This document shows, piece by piece, positions 19,024 to 29,102 of a stretch of DNA of 64,000 nucleotides. Under the pieces are notes generated by a model. That model did not search any database. It was not told the origin of the DNA and worked only from the letters and a program-made list of their open reading frames with translations. The first letter of the stretch is position 1. Each line of letters starts with the position of its first letter. The position numbers and the translations under genes are program-made. The stretch is from contig OY970309.1 in NCBI GenBank assembly GCA_963716395.1, positions 960,001 to 1,024,000 of the forward strand. The letters are read 5' to 3'. The stretch is from an uncultured Fibrobacteria bacterium. GTDB taxonomy: Bacteria; Fibrobacterota; Fibrobacteria; UBA11236.

Positions 19024-20060
19024 CGATCGTTTCCGGTGTGAAAGGTCAGGCGCACGGCCTGATCCCACGGGGTGCCGATTTTCCAGAGATAGATCTCATA
19101 ATCGGCGATGTCGTGATCATGGCCGTATTGGGTCGCGGCCCAGATGAGATAATCGGCGTGGTTGGAAAGCCGGGGGAAATATTCATGCGAACGCCGTCCC
19201 GGCAAATCCATGAAGCGAATGGACTTTCCGTTGATTTCATCGCCTTCGATTTTTCCATGTGTTCCATCATGGGTCAGATTAAAGGCGAAAATTTGGGTTC
19301 CTCCGATACCGGTTTGATTCACCCGCAGCACCCGGTAGGTGCCGTCTTTGTTGATCCCGGGGAAGAAGTTGAATTCGCACCCCCCCCCCGAGGTGAACCA
19401 CTTGCGGGTTTCAAGATTCAAAATGCCGGTTTCCCGCTGCGATCCCCGCAAGGTGAGTGCCAGCAACCGTTCGTCGTCCGACAGCGCGGGTTCCTGAGCG
19501 ATGCCCCCTTTCAACTCTTTGTCGCCGTCGGCCAGTTTTATTTCACCGGTTCCGTCCGGCTGGCACTTGTACACGTTTTTTCCGCGCGAGTAGATAATCG
19601 CCTTTCCGTCGCGGGTAAATACGGCCCAGGTAGAATTGGGAATCAGCAGTTTCTCGCTTCCCGGCGGGCCATCGGAACTGATGACCCAGGTATCCCACAA
19701 TTCGGGCTTGTTGGCTTCTTCTTCGTTGCACCAATCCAGCTTGGAGCGAGTGAAAATCACTTCTTTCCCGTCCGGCGAAATGCGCGGATACCAATCGGTA
19801 TGGTTGGTATGGGTCAGCGGATGTTTGTCGATGCCATCGGCGTTCATCTTGTATATATCGTGATTTTCATCCCGTGAAGTCGACCAGACGATGAAACCCT
19901 TCAGGTTGCCTTTCAACTTGGCCAACTTGGCGGCCTCATCGGCCGTAGGCTTTACCGGATGGCCGCGCGGCGGCTGCGACCAACCTACTTCAGCGCCGCA
20001 AACCACCAGAAGAAAAATCCACCAACTTTTTGGAAGAGAAATTTTTTTCCAGAAGTCCAA
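18999..20060 (-). CDS. TolB-like/PD40 beta-propeller periplasmic protein
   Basis: Signal peptide; DIYKMNADG, PRISPDGKEVIF, EYFPRLS, EIYLW, RLTFHTGNDRWPD. Confidence 0.8.
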   Translation of the reverse strand: MDFWKKISLPKSWWIFLLVVCGAEVGWSQPPRGHPVKPTADEAAKLAKLKGNLKGFIVWSTSRDENHDIYKMNADGIDKHPLTHTNHTDWYPRISPDGKEVIFTRSKLDWCNEEEANKPELWDTWVISSDGPPGSEKLLIPNSTWAVFTRDGKAIIYSRGKNVYKCQPDGTGEIKLADGDKELKGGIAQEPALSDDERLLALTLRGSQRETGILNLETRKWFTSGGGCEFNFFPGINKDGTYRVLRVNQTGIGGTQIFAFNLTHDGTHGKIEGDEINGKSIRFMDLPGRRSHEYFPRLSNHADYLIWAATQYGHDHDIADYEIYLWKIGTPWDQAVRLTFHTGNDRWPDLYLD

Positions 20061-20546
20061 AATATGTGTCCTTCCCCCTGCTTACCGCCGTTGGGGTACG
20101 GCAGATCCAGGAGCTTATAGGGTCGTGATTTTCGAATAAACTACTCCCTTCGCCGAGGGTGGACCGGCGGTGAGAGATATTCCGGCGGATGCGAGGAATT
20201 GGCGAAATCGCAAGGGCCTTTCGGAGCGAACCCCAACATAACGAACCTCAAACCTGGAAAATCCCTTTGCCGAAGGGTTTCGGAGTCTCCTGTTGGTAAA
20301 CCGACCCTCCTGGGTGATTTTCAACATATTGGTTGAATAAACATTCAAAATATTCCCTTATGAATTAGCGCATTTTAAGGAATTTGTAAGGGGTTTTGGT
20401 TTAACCCGGAGAAACTATAAACATGGTTTGATATAATGTTTATAGATATCCGTTTCTGCGTTTTTTTGAGTTCCGCTTATTTCATCGGTTTACTGCACCG
20501 TGCGGTAACGAAGGAAGGCTCGAATCTGTCGAAGAATGCCGAAAGA

Positions 20547-21428
20547 CTAAGCCGGAATGGGAATGAGTGGCATAGCCTGATGGGCCAACAGGAACCGGAT
20601 TTTTTGTTCAAAATCCACATGGCCGGTGATATTCGTCCAACCGATTTCGCTGGCTTTGGTTTTAAGGAGATCGAATTGGGGCGGATCGATTTCCATCAAA
20701 AAAATCCCCCCGTCGGCCACCCGGGAAAAAGCCGCGTGCAACAAGGCCAAGGGAAACTCCCAACCTCCTTCTCCACCGTTCAAAGCCTGAACCGGGTCAT
20801 AATTTCGAACCTCGGGCTCCAGCATGGGAATCTCCCTCGCGGCCACATAAGGCGGATTCGACACAACCGCGTCCCACACCCGATCGGGAGGAAGCCCGGC
20901 GAAGAGATCGCTGCGGAAGAGTTCGGGAAGCGCGAGTCCGTTGCGTGCGGCGTTCTCGCGCGTCAGCGTTAGGCAATCTTCCGACACGTCAAGAGCGGTT
21001 ACCTCGCAATGGGGCCATTCGCGCAGAATCGACAGGGCGATGCACCCGCTTCCCACCCCGACGTCGAGCACCCGCGGCTGCGGCCGGGCCGGCAGGTGCC
21101 GGCCGAACACGTCGAGCAGCACCTCGGTTTCAGGCCGCGGAATTAAGGCCCGGCGGTCGACGCGCAAGGTCAGTTGGCGGAATTCCACATCGCCCAGAAT
21201 GTGCTGCAAGGGTTCGCGCCCGCCGCGACGGCGGATGAAGTCACGGTAACCCGCAAGTTCCGGCTCCGTCAAAGGCCGGTCGAATTGCAGATACAGGTCG
21301 AGCCGCTTGAGGCCCAGCGCGCGCGCCAGCAGAAGTTCGGCGTCGAGGCGCGGCTGCGGAACCCCTTTTGCCTGCAAATAGGCCGCGGCCTTGTTCAAAA
21401 CTTCGAGTAAGGGTGGAGGCGAAGGCAT
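20547..21428 (-). CDS. prmC: Release factor glutamine methyltransferase
   Basis: EPLQHILG, LIPRPETE, DVGVGSG, SNPPY; directly downstream of prfA. Confidence 0.95.
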   Translation of the reverse strand: MPSPPPLLEVLNKAAAYLQAKGVPQPRLDAELLLARALGLKRLDLYLQFDRPLTEPELAGYRDFIRRRGGREPLQHILGDVEFRQLTLRVDRRALIPRPETEVLLDVFGRHLPARPQPRVLDVGVGSGCIALSILREWPHCEVTALDVSEDCLTLTRENAARNGLALPELFRSDLFAGLPPDRVWDAVVSNPPYVAAREIPMLEPEVRNYDPVQALNGGEGGWEFPLALLHAAFSRVADGGIFLMEIDPPQFDLLKTKASEIGWTNITGHVDFEQKIRFLLAHQAMPLIPIPA

Positions 21429-21447
21429 GCGCGACCGGGAACGACGT

Positions 21448-22533
21448 TCAACCCCGGCGTTCCAGCGCGCGCAGTTTTTCTGCTCCCGCCTCCACGGCCA
21501 GGGCATCGAGCAATTCCTGAAGATCGCCGTTCATTACCGCCTCAAGCTTGTACAGCGTCAGCCCGATGCGGTGATCGGTGACGCGGCCCTGGGCGTAGTT
21601 GTAGGTGCGGATTTTGGCGGAGCGGTCGCCCGTGCCCACCTGCGCCTTGCGCGCCGCGGCCTCTTTGGATTCCTGCTCGGCCAGGCGCGCGTCGAGCAAT
21701 TTGGAACGCAAAAGGTTCATGGCCTTGGCGCGGTTCTTATGCTGCGACCGCTCGTCCTGGCAGGCGACTACGAGGCCGGTGGGCAAATGCGTGATGCGCA
21801 CGGCTGAATCGGTTTTGTTGATGTGCTGGCCGCCCGCGCCGCCGGCCCGGTAGGTGTCGACGCGGAGTTCCTCGTCTTTGATCTCGAGATCGTCCATTTC
21901 ATCGGCCATGGGCATGACCACCACGCTGGCCGCCGAGGTGTGCACGCGGCCCTGGGCTTCGGTGGCAGGCACGCGCTGCACCCGGTGCACTCCGCTTTCG
22001 TACTTGAGCACGCCGTAGACGCCCTCGTCGGGAATTTCCGCCACGATTTCCTTGAATCCACCCACCGTGCCTTCGCTGGCGCTGACGAGATGGGGATGCC
22101 AGCCCCGGTTTTCGGCATAATGCCCGTACATGCGATACAAGTCGCCTGCGAACAGGCTGGCTTCATCTCCGCCTGTGCCGGCGCGGATTTCCAGGATGGC
22201 GCCGCGGACATCCGCCGGATCTTTGGGTATCAGCAGCCATTCCAATTCTTTTTCCCGCGTCGGAACGGCTTCTTCCAGGCGGCGGACTTCCTCCTCCGCC
22301 AGCTTCTGCAATTCCCCATCGGCCGGATCCTGGACCGCGCGCCGCCACTCTTGCAACTCGGCCAGCAAGCCGAGATAGGTGCGGGATTGTTGCACCAATT
22401 CCTGCAGGGCCTTGTGCTCGCGGGACAAACCGGTCATACGGGCCCGGTCGGAAAGCACCTCGGGGTTTTGCAATTGCGCTTCGATTTCTTCGCTGTGCGC
22501 GACGGCTTTACGCGCTTGATCGCGGAGATCCAT
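21448..22533 (-). CDS. prfA: Peptide chain release factor 1
   Basis: EIRAGTGG, VHRVQRVPATE (PxT motif), GGQ, RTYN. Confidence 0.97.
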   Translation of the reverse strand: MDLRDQARKAVAHSEEIEAQLQNPEVLSDRARMTGLSREHKALQELVQQSRTYLGLLAELQEWRRAVQDPADGELQKLAEEEVRRLEEAVPTREKELEWLLIPKDPADVRGAILEIRAGTGGDEASLFAGDLYRMYGHYAENRGWHPHLVSASEGTVGGFKEIVAEIPDEGVYGVLKYESGVHRVQRVPATEAQGRVHTSAASVVVMPMADEMDDLEIKDEELRVDTYRAGGAGGQHINKTDSAVRITHLPTGLVVACQDERSQHKNRAKAMNLLRSKLLDARLAEQESKEAAARKAQVGTGDRSAKIRTYNYAQGRVTDHRIGLTLYKLEAVMNGDLQELLDALAVEAGAEKLRALERRG

Positions 22534-22572
22534 GCGGGGGTAAAAGTAGAAACGGAGCCGCGGCGGCCCGCG

Positions 22573-23568
22573 CTAGGCGAGCGACGCCTTCACCGAAGCG
22601 ACGGCGACTTCGAGTTGCGAAGCGTCGGGTTCGCGCGTGGTGATATGTTGCAACCACAGGCCGGGCAGAATGAGCGGCCGCACCCAGGGCGCGTCCTGAA
22701 AGCGGGCCGACAGCTTGAGTACTTCGAAGGAAAGCCCGGCCACCAGGGGAATGAACGGCAAATGGGTCAGAAAGCGGGCGAAGAAATTGGGATAGACGAT
22801 CCCGAAGCCCTGTTGCAACAAGGAGTCGAACAAGGAGAAGAAAAACACGCACACCAGGGCCACGATCAGAATGAACGATGTGCCGCAGCGCGGATGAAAG
22901 CGGCTTTCGCCCGCCACCTGCTCGATCCCCAGCCCCCGCTTGCGTTCGTAGGCGAAGATGGATTTATGTTCGGCGCCGTGGTATTGGAAGACTCGGGAAA
23001 TGTCGGGAAGATGCGACAGCCCCCACATATAGGTCAGCAGCAACACCATGCGAATGGCCCCCGCCACTCCATTGAAGAGCAGGGGATTTTGCGGATGCAG
23101 GCGATCGCCGCCCACTATCCACGCGGAGGCCGCGTAGGGCAATAGCTGAAAAAGCGCCAGGGCCAAGGCGAAGGAAATCAAGAGCGGAACGGCCGCCAGG
23201 GCCTTCTTTTTCACCCCCGCCGGTTCCGAAAAACTTTTCGCCGCCGGCTTTTCCGGGGTTGTTTCCTGCACGCCGGCCGACCAGTTCAAGGCCTGGATGC
23301 CGATGTACAACGATTCGATGAGGGACGCCGCGCCGCGCAAGATGGGCCAGCCGAGCAACCGGAAGCGTCGCGAGAAAGGCGTAAAGGGACGGCTTTGCAG
23401 GGCGATGGAACCATCCGGCGCGCGCACGGCCACGGAGAGGCGATGGGCGCTGCGCATGAGCACACCTTCGATCACAGCCTGGCCGCCGATAGCGGTTTCG
23501 GGCTGGTACGCCAGCAACTGGGCCATTCCCGCGTTCAGTCGCAGCAGCAGGAATTTGGCAGAGGCCAT
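22573..23568 (-). CDS. DUF1385 (YqhQ-like) membrane protein
   Basis: GGQAVIEGVLMR, FQYHGAEHK, HPRCGTSF, TTREP; conserved rpmE-DUF1385-prfA-prmC context. Confidence 0.9.
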   Translation of the reverse strand: MASAKFLLLRLNAGMAQLLAYQPETAIGGQAVIEGVLMRSAHRLSVAVRAPDGSIALQSRPFTPFSRRFRLLGWPILRGAASLIESLYIGIQALNWSAGVQETTPEKPAAKSFSEPAGVKKKALAAVPLLISFALALALFQLLPYAASAWIVGGDRLHPQNPLLFNGVAGAIRMVLLLTYMWGLSHLPDISRVFQYHGAEHKSIFAYERKRGLGIEQVAGESRFHPRCGTSFILIVALVCVFFFSLFDSLLQQGFGIVYPNFFARFLTHLPFIPLVAGLSFEVLKLSARFQDAPWVRPLILPGLWLQHITTREPDASQLEVAVASVKASLA

Positions 23569-23577
23569 GGATGGAAA

Positions 23578-23838
23578 TTATTCGGCGGAAGGCGTTGCGG
23601 TTTTGGCCGGGGTTTTCCGGGTCTTGCGCTTGCCGCCCACCACGCTGGTGTAACGCGAGGTGAATTTCTCGATGCGGCCCGCCGAGTCGATCATCTTCTG
23701 CTTGCCCGTGTAATACGGATGGCAATTGGAACAGATTTCAATGGTTTGGCCGGGAACCGTGGATCGGAGCTCAATCACGTTGCCGCAGGAGCAGGAGAAA
23801 GTTTGCGGAGTGTATTTCGGGTGGATCTCGGCCTTCAT
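23578..23838 (-). CDS. rpmE: 50S ribosomal protein L31 (Zn-binding type)
   Basis: [29 protein letters not shown]. Confidence 0.95.
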   Translation of the reverse strand: MKAEIHPKYTPQTFSCSCGNVIELRSTVPGQTIEICSNCHPYYTGKQKMIDSAGRIEKFTSRYTSVVGGKRKTRKTPAKTATPSAE

Positions 23839-23924
23839 AATTGCGCCCCAACTGCGAAAAATGGAATTTACAAAGATAACCTTTCGGACTTTTTTCTGCA
23901 ATTCTTCAGGATACCTCTAATTAA

Positions 23925-24052
23925 CGGCTCCCGTCGTCAGTCCTGCTAGGGCTTACGCGGCCTGAACCGGTTCCCAAGCTTGACGAGGGGTGTCGAAGGC
24001 AAGGAGAAAGGCGGTTACAGCGAAGCTTTTGCCGCCACCCTGTGGAGAGAGC
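23925..24052 (+). ncRNA. Unclassified structured RNA leader upstream of thiG
   Basis: 16-nt imperfect stem 23925-23940/23980-23995 with G-U pairs on the + strand; GGCGG/CCGCC hairpin 24010-24036; partial TPP-like words. Family not established. Confidence 0.35.
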
Positions 24053-24063
24053 ATTTTTCGGTC

Positions 24064-24834
24064 ATGGAAGACAAACCTCTCGTTCTCGGCGGCCATACTT
24101 TTGGGTCGCGGCTGATTGTTGGCACGGGTAAATATCCGAATTTTGCGGTTATGCAAAGAGCGCATCTTGCCTCCGGCGCCGAAATGATCACCGTCGCGCT
24201 GGGGCGGGTGAAACTCAACGGACCCGAAGAAGAAAACATTCTGAATTACATCGACACCAAGAAATACGTTTTGCTCCCCAATACGGCCGGGGCCTTCAAC
24301 GTCGAAGACGCCTTGCGCATTGCGCGGTTGGCACGGGCGCAAGGGATGAATCTGCTCAAACTGGAAGTGCTGTCCGACGCCAAAACCTTGCTGCCCGATC
24401 CCCTGGCCACCTACGCCGCCACCCGGGAATTGGTGCGCGAAGGCTTCACGGTATTGGTTTACACCAACGACGATCCGGTGCTCGCCCAGCGGCTGGAAGA
24501 TTTGGGTGTGGCCGCGGTCATGCCCGCCGGCTCGCCCATCGGCAGCGGCCAAGGCGTGCTCAACGAAAACAACCTCCGCATCATGCGCGAATCCTTGACG
24601 TGCCCCATCATCGTGGATGCGGGCATGGGCACGGCTTCGGATCTCAGCCGGGCCATGGAACTGGGGGTCGAAGGGGTCTTGTGCAATACCGGCATCGCCG
24701 GCGCGCAGGATCCGGTGCGCATGGCCCGCGCCTTTCGTCTGGCCTGCGAAGCCGGACGCGACGCCTATCTGGCGGGCCGCATCCCCCGCAAACTCTACGG
24801 TTCGGCTTCAAGCCCGCTCGAAGGCTTGCGCTGA
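24064..24834 (+). CDS. thiG: Thiazole synthase
   Basis: [20 protein letters not shown]...[26 protein letters not shown]. Confidence 0.96.
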   Translation: MEDKPLVLGGHTFGSRLIVGTGKYPNFAVMQRAHLASGAEMITVALGRVKLNGPEEENILNYIDTKKYVLLPNTAGAFNVEDALRIARLARAQGMNLLKLEVLSDAKTLLPDPLATYAATRELVREGFTVLVYTNDDPVLAQRLEDLGVAAVMPAGSPIGSGQGVLNENNLRIMRESLTCPIIVDAGMGTASDLSRAMELGVEGVLCNTGIAGAQDPVRMARAFRLACEAGRDAYLAGRIPRKLYGSASSPLEGLR

Positions 24835-25045
24835 TCCTCACCGCCGGGCTTGAGAAACTCGCGAAACCGCGGCGGGGTTTATTCTGAGCCAATCTTCTCA
24901 CCCATGACGTAAGATCACATTCTTGACTATGCTTCTGTCCGCGTTCGCTGTGGCGAATGCGTTGAGGGGCGCTTTTCGATGCTGGTTTCGTCTTCAATCT
25001 TCCCTTGACGCGCGGCCGATCTTTCTTCGTTCCGGGCGACGACGC

Positions 25046-26044
25046 ATGGCTCCAAGCGAAACTCCGTTTTCCCCATCCGGGCGGAAACCGGCACGGACTC
25101 CGCAATTCTTCGTTTCGGAAAGAGCGTGGGCGGAACAGCAAGCCCGTTTGCGGCAACGGCTTCCCTTTCTGTGGGAAAGCTGCCGCAAAAGCCAGGGCGA
25201 ACTGGTAGAAGCCGAACTGCGGCGCGCCCTGGCCCTGGTGCATGCGGCGCATGAATCGTTTCGTGAGCACGAACGGACTTTTTTCTTGGAAACCCGGGCC
25301 GAATGCCATCGCTGGCAGCAGCGCCGCGACGGATTGAAACGCGGCCGGCCCGGACTTTTGCGGGCCCTTGAGGCGGTATTGGGCGGCCTCGAAGCCGAAG
25401 CGCAAACCGGGGCCATGCCGCTGCGGCCCCACCTGGCTTTTTGCTTTGGGGGCTTGCGGCGCCTGGTTTCGTTGCCGTTTTCCGAAAATGAAATCCGCTT
25501 TCCCGCTCCCTTTGCGCCGGTGGGTGTACAGGAGGCCGGCGAAGAAACCATCGCCAAAACCATGGCCGATCTGCGCGGCAAACGGCTTCCGCATTCGCCC
25601 GCGGATTTACTCGGCCGCATCGAATCGGTTTGCGCGCATTGGTGGTATGCACAAACGCAATTGACCGAATTGTACGGCCGTCCGGCGCGGGAAATGGGGA
25701 ACTTGGCGACAGCCCTGCGCCGCGAATTCGAAATCGTGGTGGGCCGGCATATACTCCCGGTTTTGGACGCCCTGGAGGCGGCCTTGGAGGCGATGGCCGC
25801 GGACGTGGCCTCGGCGCGGTCGACTTTGCTCCGGGCCAAAACCACCTTGATCGATTATTTGGGCACGGGTGAAATCACCGTGCTGGAAGTGCCCTTGGGT
25901 TCGGTATTCGACGCCACGCGCCACACTTCGGGAATCAAGCTTTCCAGCGGGCGCGGGCGCGTCGTCAAAGTGCTCCGTCCCGGTTATTGCGCCGGCGCCG
26001 ACATTCTACGCCGCGTTGAAGTTGAGGTGCTTGTCACCGAATAG
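25046..26044 (+). CDS. Hypothetical protein with C-terminal GrpE-like domain
   Basis: ILPVLDALEAAL, FDATRH, VVKVLRPGY....LRRVEVEV match GrpE consensus features; long helical N-terminal part. Confidence 0.6.
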   Translation: MAPSETPFSPSGRKPARTPQFFVSERAWAEQQARLRQRLPFLWESCRKSQGELVEAELRRALALVHAAHESFREHERTFFLETRAECHRWQQRRDGLKRGRPGLLRALEAVLGGLEAEAQTGAMPLRPHLAFCFGGLRRLVSLPFSENEIRFPAPFAPVGVQEAGEETIAKTMADLRGKRLPHSPADLLGRIESVCAHWWYAQTQLTELYGRPAREMGNLATALRREFEIVVGRHILPVLDALEAALEAMAADVASARSTLLRAKTTLIDYLGTGEITVLEVPLGSVFDATRHTSGIKLSSGRGRVVKVLRPGYCAGADILRRVEVEVLVTE

Positions 26045-26091
26045 AGAAGACGCCTCAACCCGGCCTTGGTATTTTGCCGGCGGAAGCGCAC

Positions 26092-26748
26092 ATGAATAAC
26101 TCCGTCATTCTTCCGGGGCGCACCCCGTTTTACTTCGTAACCGATCACGCGTTAAACGGCGGCCGCTCCAAGCTCGACGTGATCGCCGCGGCCTTGAGCG
26201 GGGGGATCCAATTGATCCAATACCGCGACAAAGAATTGTCCGATGCCGACTTCGCCGCTGAAGCGGCCGCGGCCCTGGCCTTGTGCCGCCGGCATGGGGC
26301 CGTCCTGCTCGTAAATGATCGGGTCGAGCTCGCCGGGCAGATCGGCGCCGACGGCGTGCATCTGGGTCAGGAGGACATGCCTCCGGAAGAGGCGCGGCGG
26401 CGCCTTGGCCCCGCAGCGGTGATTGGGCTTTCGACCCATAACGAGGCTGAGGTCAAAGCGGCCGGGGACCGGCCGTTGGATTACATCAACATCGGGCCCC
26501 TGTTTCCGACCCGGACCAAACCGCATACCCACGCTTTGGGAATCGACGAAGTGTTGCGGCTGGCGGGCATGACCCGCCACGCCTGGTGCACCATGGGCGG
26601 CATCGCCCGTGCGCAGGTGGGGGAGCTGTTTCGACGGGGCGTGAAGACCGCGGCCATGGTGACCGCCATCAGTCTCGCCGACAATATAGAGCAGAGCGTA
26701 ACGGACTTGCTGGCGGAAGCGGGGGCGGCCAACCTCCCTCCACCGTAA
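26092..26748 (+). CDS. thiE: Thiamine-phosphate synthase
   Basis: IQYRDK, VNDR, ADGVHLGQED, IGLSTH, GPLFPTRTK. Confidence 0.95.
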   Translation: MNNSVILPGRTPFYFVTDHALNGGRSKLDVIAAALSGGIQLIQYRDKELSDADFAAEAAAALALCRRHGAVLLVNDRVELAGQIGADGVHLGQEDMPPEEARRRLGPAAVIGLSTHNEAEVKAAGDRPLDYINIGPLFPTRTKPHTHALGIDEVLRLAGMTRHAWCTMGGIARAQVGELFRRGVKTAAMVTAISLADNIEQSVTDLLAEAGAANLPPP

Positions 26749-26866
26749 TTTCGGTCAAAAACGACGGACTTTTTCGTGCACTTGACCCGGGTGCCGCGTT
26801 CGACTTGGCGAACGCAGGAGTTGATGAAAAACCTTATTTTGCAGCCGGCTATTTGGAGAAATACCC

Positions 26867-27166
26867 TTGGATATTCTCAGTCATTTCGGAGACAAGCTCC
26901 GTCAGCGAATTCTGAAAAGCGGTTACGAAACCGTTGAGCTTTTCGCGCATGAAAACTCGATTCCCAAATCGACCTTGAGCGAAATTCTCAGCGGTAAAAA
27001 CGATCCGCGGCTCACGACCTTGTATAAAATCTGCGTGGCGCTCGAAACCACCCCTTCGGAGCTACTGAAGGATCCCTCGCTCGACACCTGGGTGCGCGAA
27101 GCGCAGGTGAATTACACCACTCGCACTCGCGGACGGAACGCCAAGAAAACCCGGAAACGGCGTTAG
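26867..27166 (+). CDS. XRE-family HTH transcriptional regulator
   Basis: FG..LR, IPKSTLSEILSGKNDPRLTTLYKICVALE; GGAG SD before the TTG start. Confidence 0.85.
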   Translation: MDILSHFGDKLRQRILKSGYETVELFAHENSIPKSTLSEILSGKNDPRLTTLYKICVALETTPSELLKDPSLDTWVREAQVNYTTRTRGRNAKKTRKRR

Positions 27167-29020
27167 CTTTCGCCGCGAGCGCGATCGGCGGCGGCACCCG
27201 CAACTTTTTTGGCCAAGGCCTTGCCCACCACGCGCGTCAGCTCTTCGCGCGAGACCGCTTGTAACCGGGTTGGTGACTTGAAGGCCCGCAACAATTTCAT
27301 CTTGGTCTTTTCCCCCACACCCGGAATTGCGTCGAGCCAGGAGGCGGTGAGACGCGCGGGGCGTTTGCTGCGTTGAAAAGTGATGGCGAAGCGATGGGCT
27401 TCGTCGCGTACCTGTTGCAGGAGACGCAGCGCCGCCGAGGTTTTGGGCAACAAGCACCGCCTCGGGTTGCTGCGGCAAAAACACCTCTTCCAGTCGTTTG
27501 GCCAATCCCAGAATGGGCACCTCTTCGGCACCGGTTTCCAGTAAGGCTTCGCACGCCGCGCGCAATTGGCCTTTGCCGCCGTCGATGAGGATGAGGTCGG
27601 GGCGAGGTTGGTTCTCTTCGCGCAACCGGCGCAGGCGACGTCCCACCACTTCACGCATCGAGGCAAAATCGTCAATGCCCTCCACGGTTTTCACGTTGAA
27701 ATGCCGGTACTGCTTTTTGGCCGGCCGGCCGTTCTCGAACACCACCAGCGAGGCGACGGTATCGGTACCTGACAGATGCGAGATGTCGAAGCCTTCGATG
27801 TGCTGCGGCGGCGACGGCAGGCCCAAATCCTCCTGCAGGGCGGTGACGCGGTAATCCTGGCGGTTGCGCCGTTCGCGCCGCGCGATGTATTCGGTAAGCT
27901 GCACGCCCGCATTGGCAGTAGCCAAACGCATTTGTTGGTGCTTTTCGCCGCGCTGGGGTATTTCCAAGGTCACGGGCGCGCCCCGGATTTGGCGCAGCAG
28001 GGCCTCCATGTTCTCTTCTTCCACCGGCGCATGCGACAGCAGAATTTCGCGTGGAATTGCGCCCGGATTGCGGTCGAGGTAATAGACCTTGAGAAACCCG
28101 GTGAGGATGGCGCTTTCGTCCTGGTCGAGGGGCGCATGCACTTCAAAATGCTTGCGGTCGGTCAAGAACCCTTCGCGCACTTCGAGTACCACCACGCTGC
28201 CGATTTTGCCCAGGCGCTGGGCCGCGATCAAATCGCGCGGCTCCTGATCGGCGCCCAAATCCACCCGCTGGCGTTCCTGCACGGTTTCCAAATCGCGCAA
28301 CTGATCGCGCAGACGGGCCGCGGCTTCGAAGCGCTGCTCGGCCGCGGCCCGGCGCATGGAACCTTCGAGCGTGGCCTGCAATTCATGTCGCCGGCCGCGC
28401 AACAGCAGCACGGCTTCATCGACCAGCTTGCGGTAAGCGCCTGCGTCGATGAGATGGGCGCAGGGCGCGTCGCAGCGGCCCAGATGGTAGCTGAGGCAAG
28501 GCCGCACCGGTTCGGCTAGGGGCAGTTTGAGTTCGCAATCGCGCAGCCGGAACACCCGGTTCAGGAACTGAATGGTTTTGCGCATGGCCTTGGCGCTGGT
28601 GAAGGGGCCGAAAGTCAAATCTTGATTGCGTTCCGCGTGGCGCGTGACGACCAGGCGCGGGAATGTATCGGAAACCGTGACACGTATATACGGATAATGC
28701 TTGTCGTCCTTTAACTCGACGTTGTAGCGGGGCGCATGCCGCTTGGCCAGATTGGCTTCGAGAATGAGGGCTTCGGCTTCGTTGGCCGTGACGATCCACT
28801 CCATGTCGTAGGCCGCGGATCGCAGCACATGCGAAGCCAGGTGGTTGTCGGCCGCGGAGCCGGTGAAATAACTGCGCACGCGGTTGCGCAAATTCAAAGC
28901 CTTGCCGATGTAAATCACGTCGCCCCGGGCGTTCTTCATCAGGTACACGCCCGGAGACGCAGGAAGCAATTCAAGTTTTTCGGCAATGGCCGGCGCCACA
29001 TCCGCATCCGAAGAAGACAT
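27163..29020 (-). CDS. uvrC: Excinuclease ABC subunit C (apparent +1 frameshift near 27452)
   Basis: GIY-YIG domain (PGVY, YIGKA, RVRSY), IEGFDISH, LIDGGKGQ; RDEAHRFA and the HhH motif GVG lie in the shifted frame. Confidence 0.93.
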
Positions 29021-29057
29021 GCGAATTAAATTAACCGCCGGGAACAGGCCGTAAAAC

Positions 29058-29083
29058 AAAAACCCCGCCGGAGGCGGGGTTTT
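29058..29083. terminator. Intrinsic terminator after rplQ (T-tracts on both strands)
   Basis: AAAAA-CCCCGCC-GGA-GGCGGGG-TTTT. Confidence 0.85.
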
Positions 29084-29102
29084 AAAATGGGAAAGCCCGG
29101 AT

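Noticed and set aside
23925-23995. SRP RNA on the minus strand (GAACC..TCAGG..GTAA..AGCAG), or a tmRNA tag ending QAA*
   Set aside because: The apical helix has only 2 bp, the outer stem pairs better on the plus strand, and no tRNA-like ends are present.
26867-27166. XRE regulator as a prophage or toxin-antitoxin marker
   Set aside because: No integrase, toxin or phage gene is adjacent; it is flanked by thiE and uvrC.
27440-27470. Programmed +1 frameshift in uvrC at a CTT codon
   Set aside because: No adjacent in-frame stop or internal SD as in prfB; the same one-base pattern in three unrelated genes points to sequence error.
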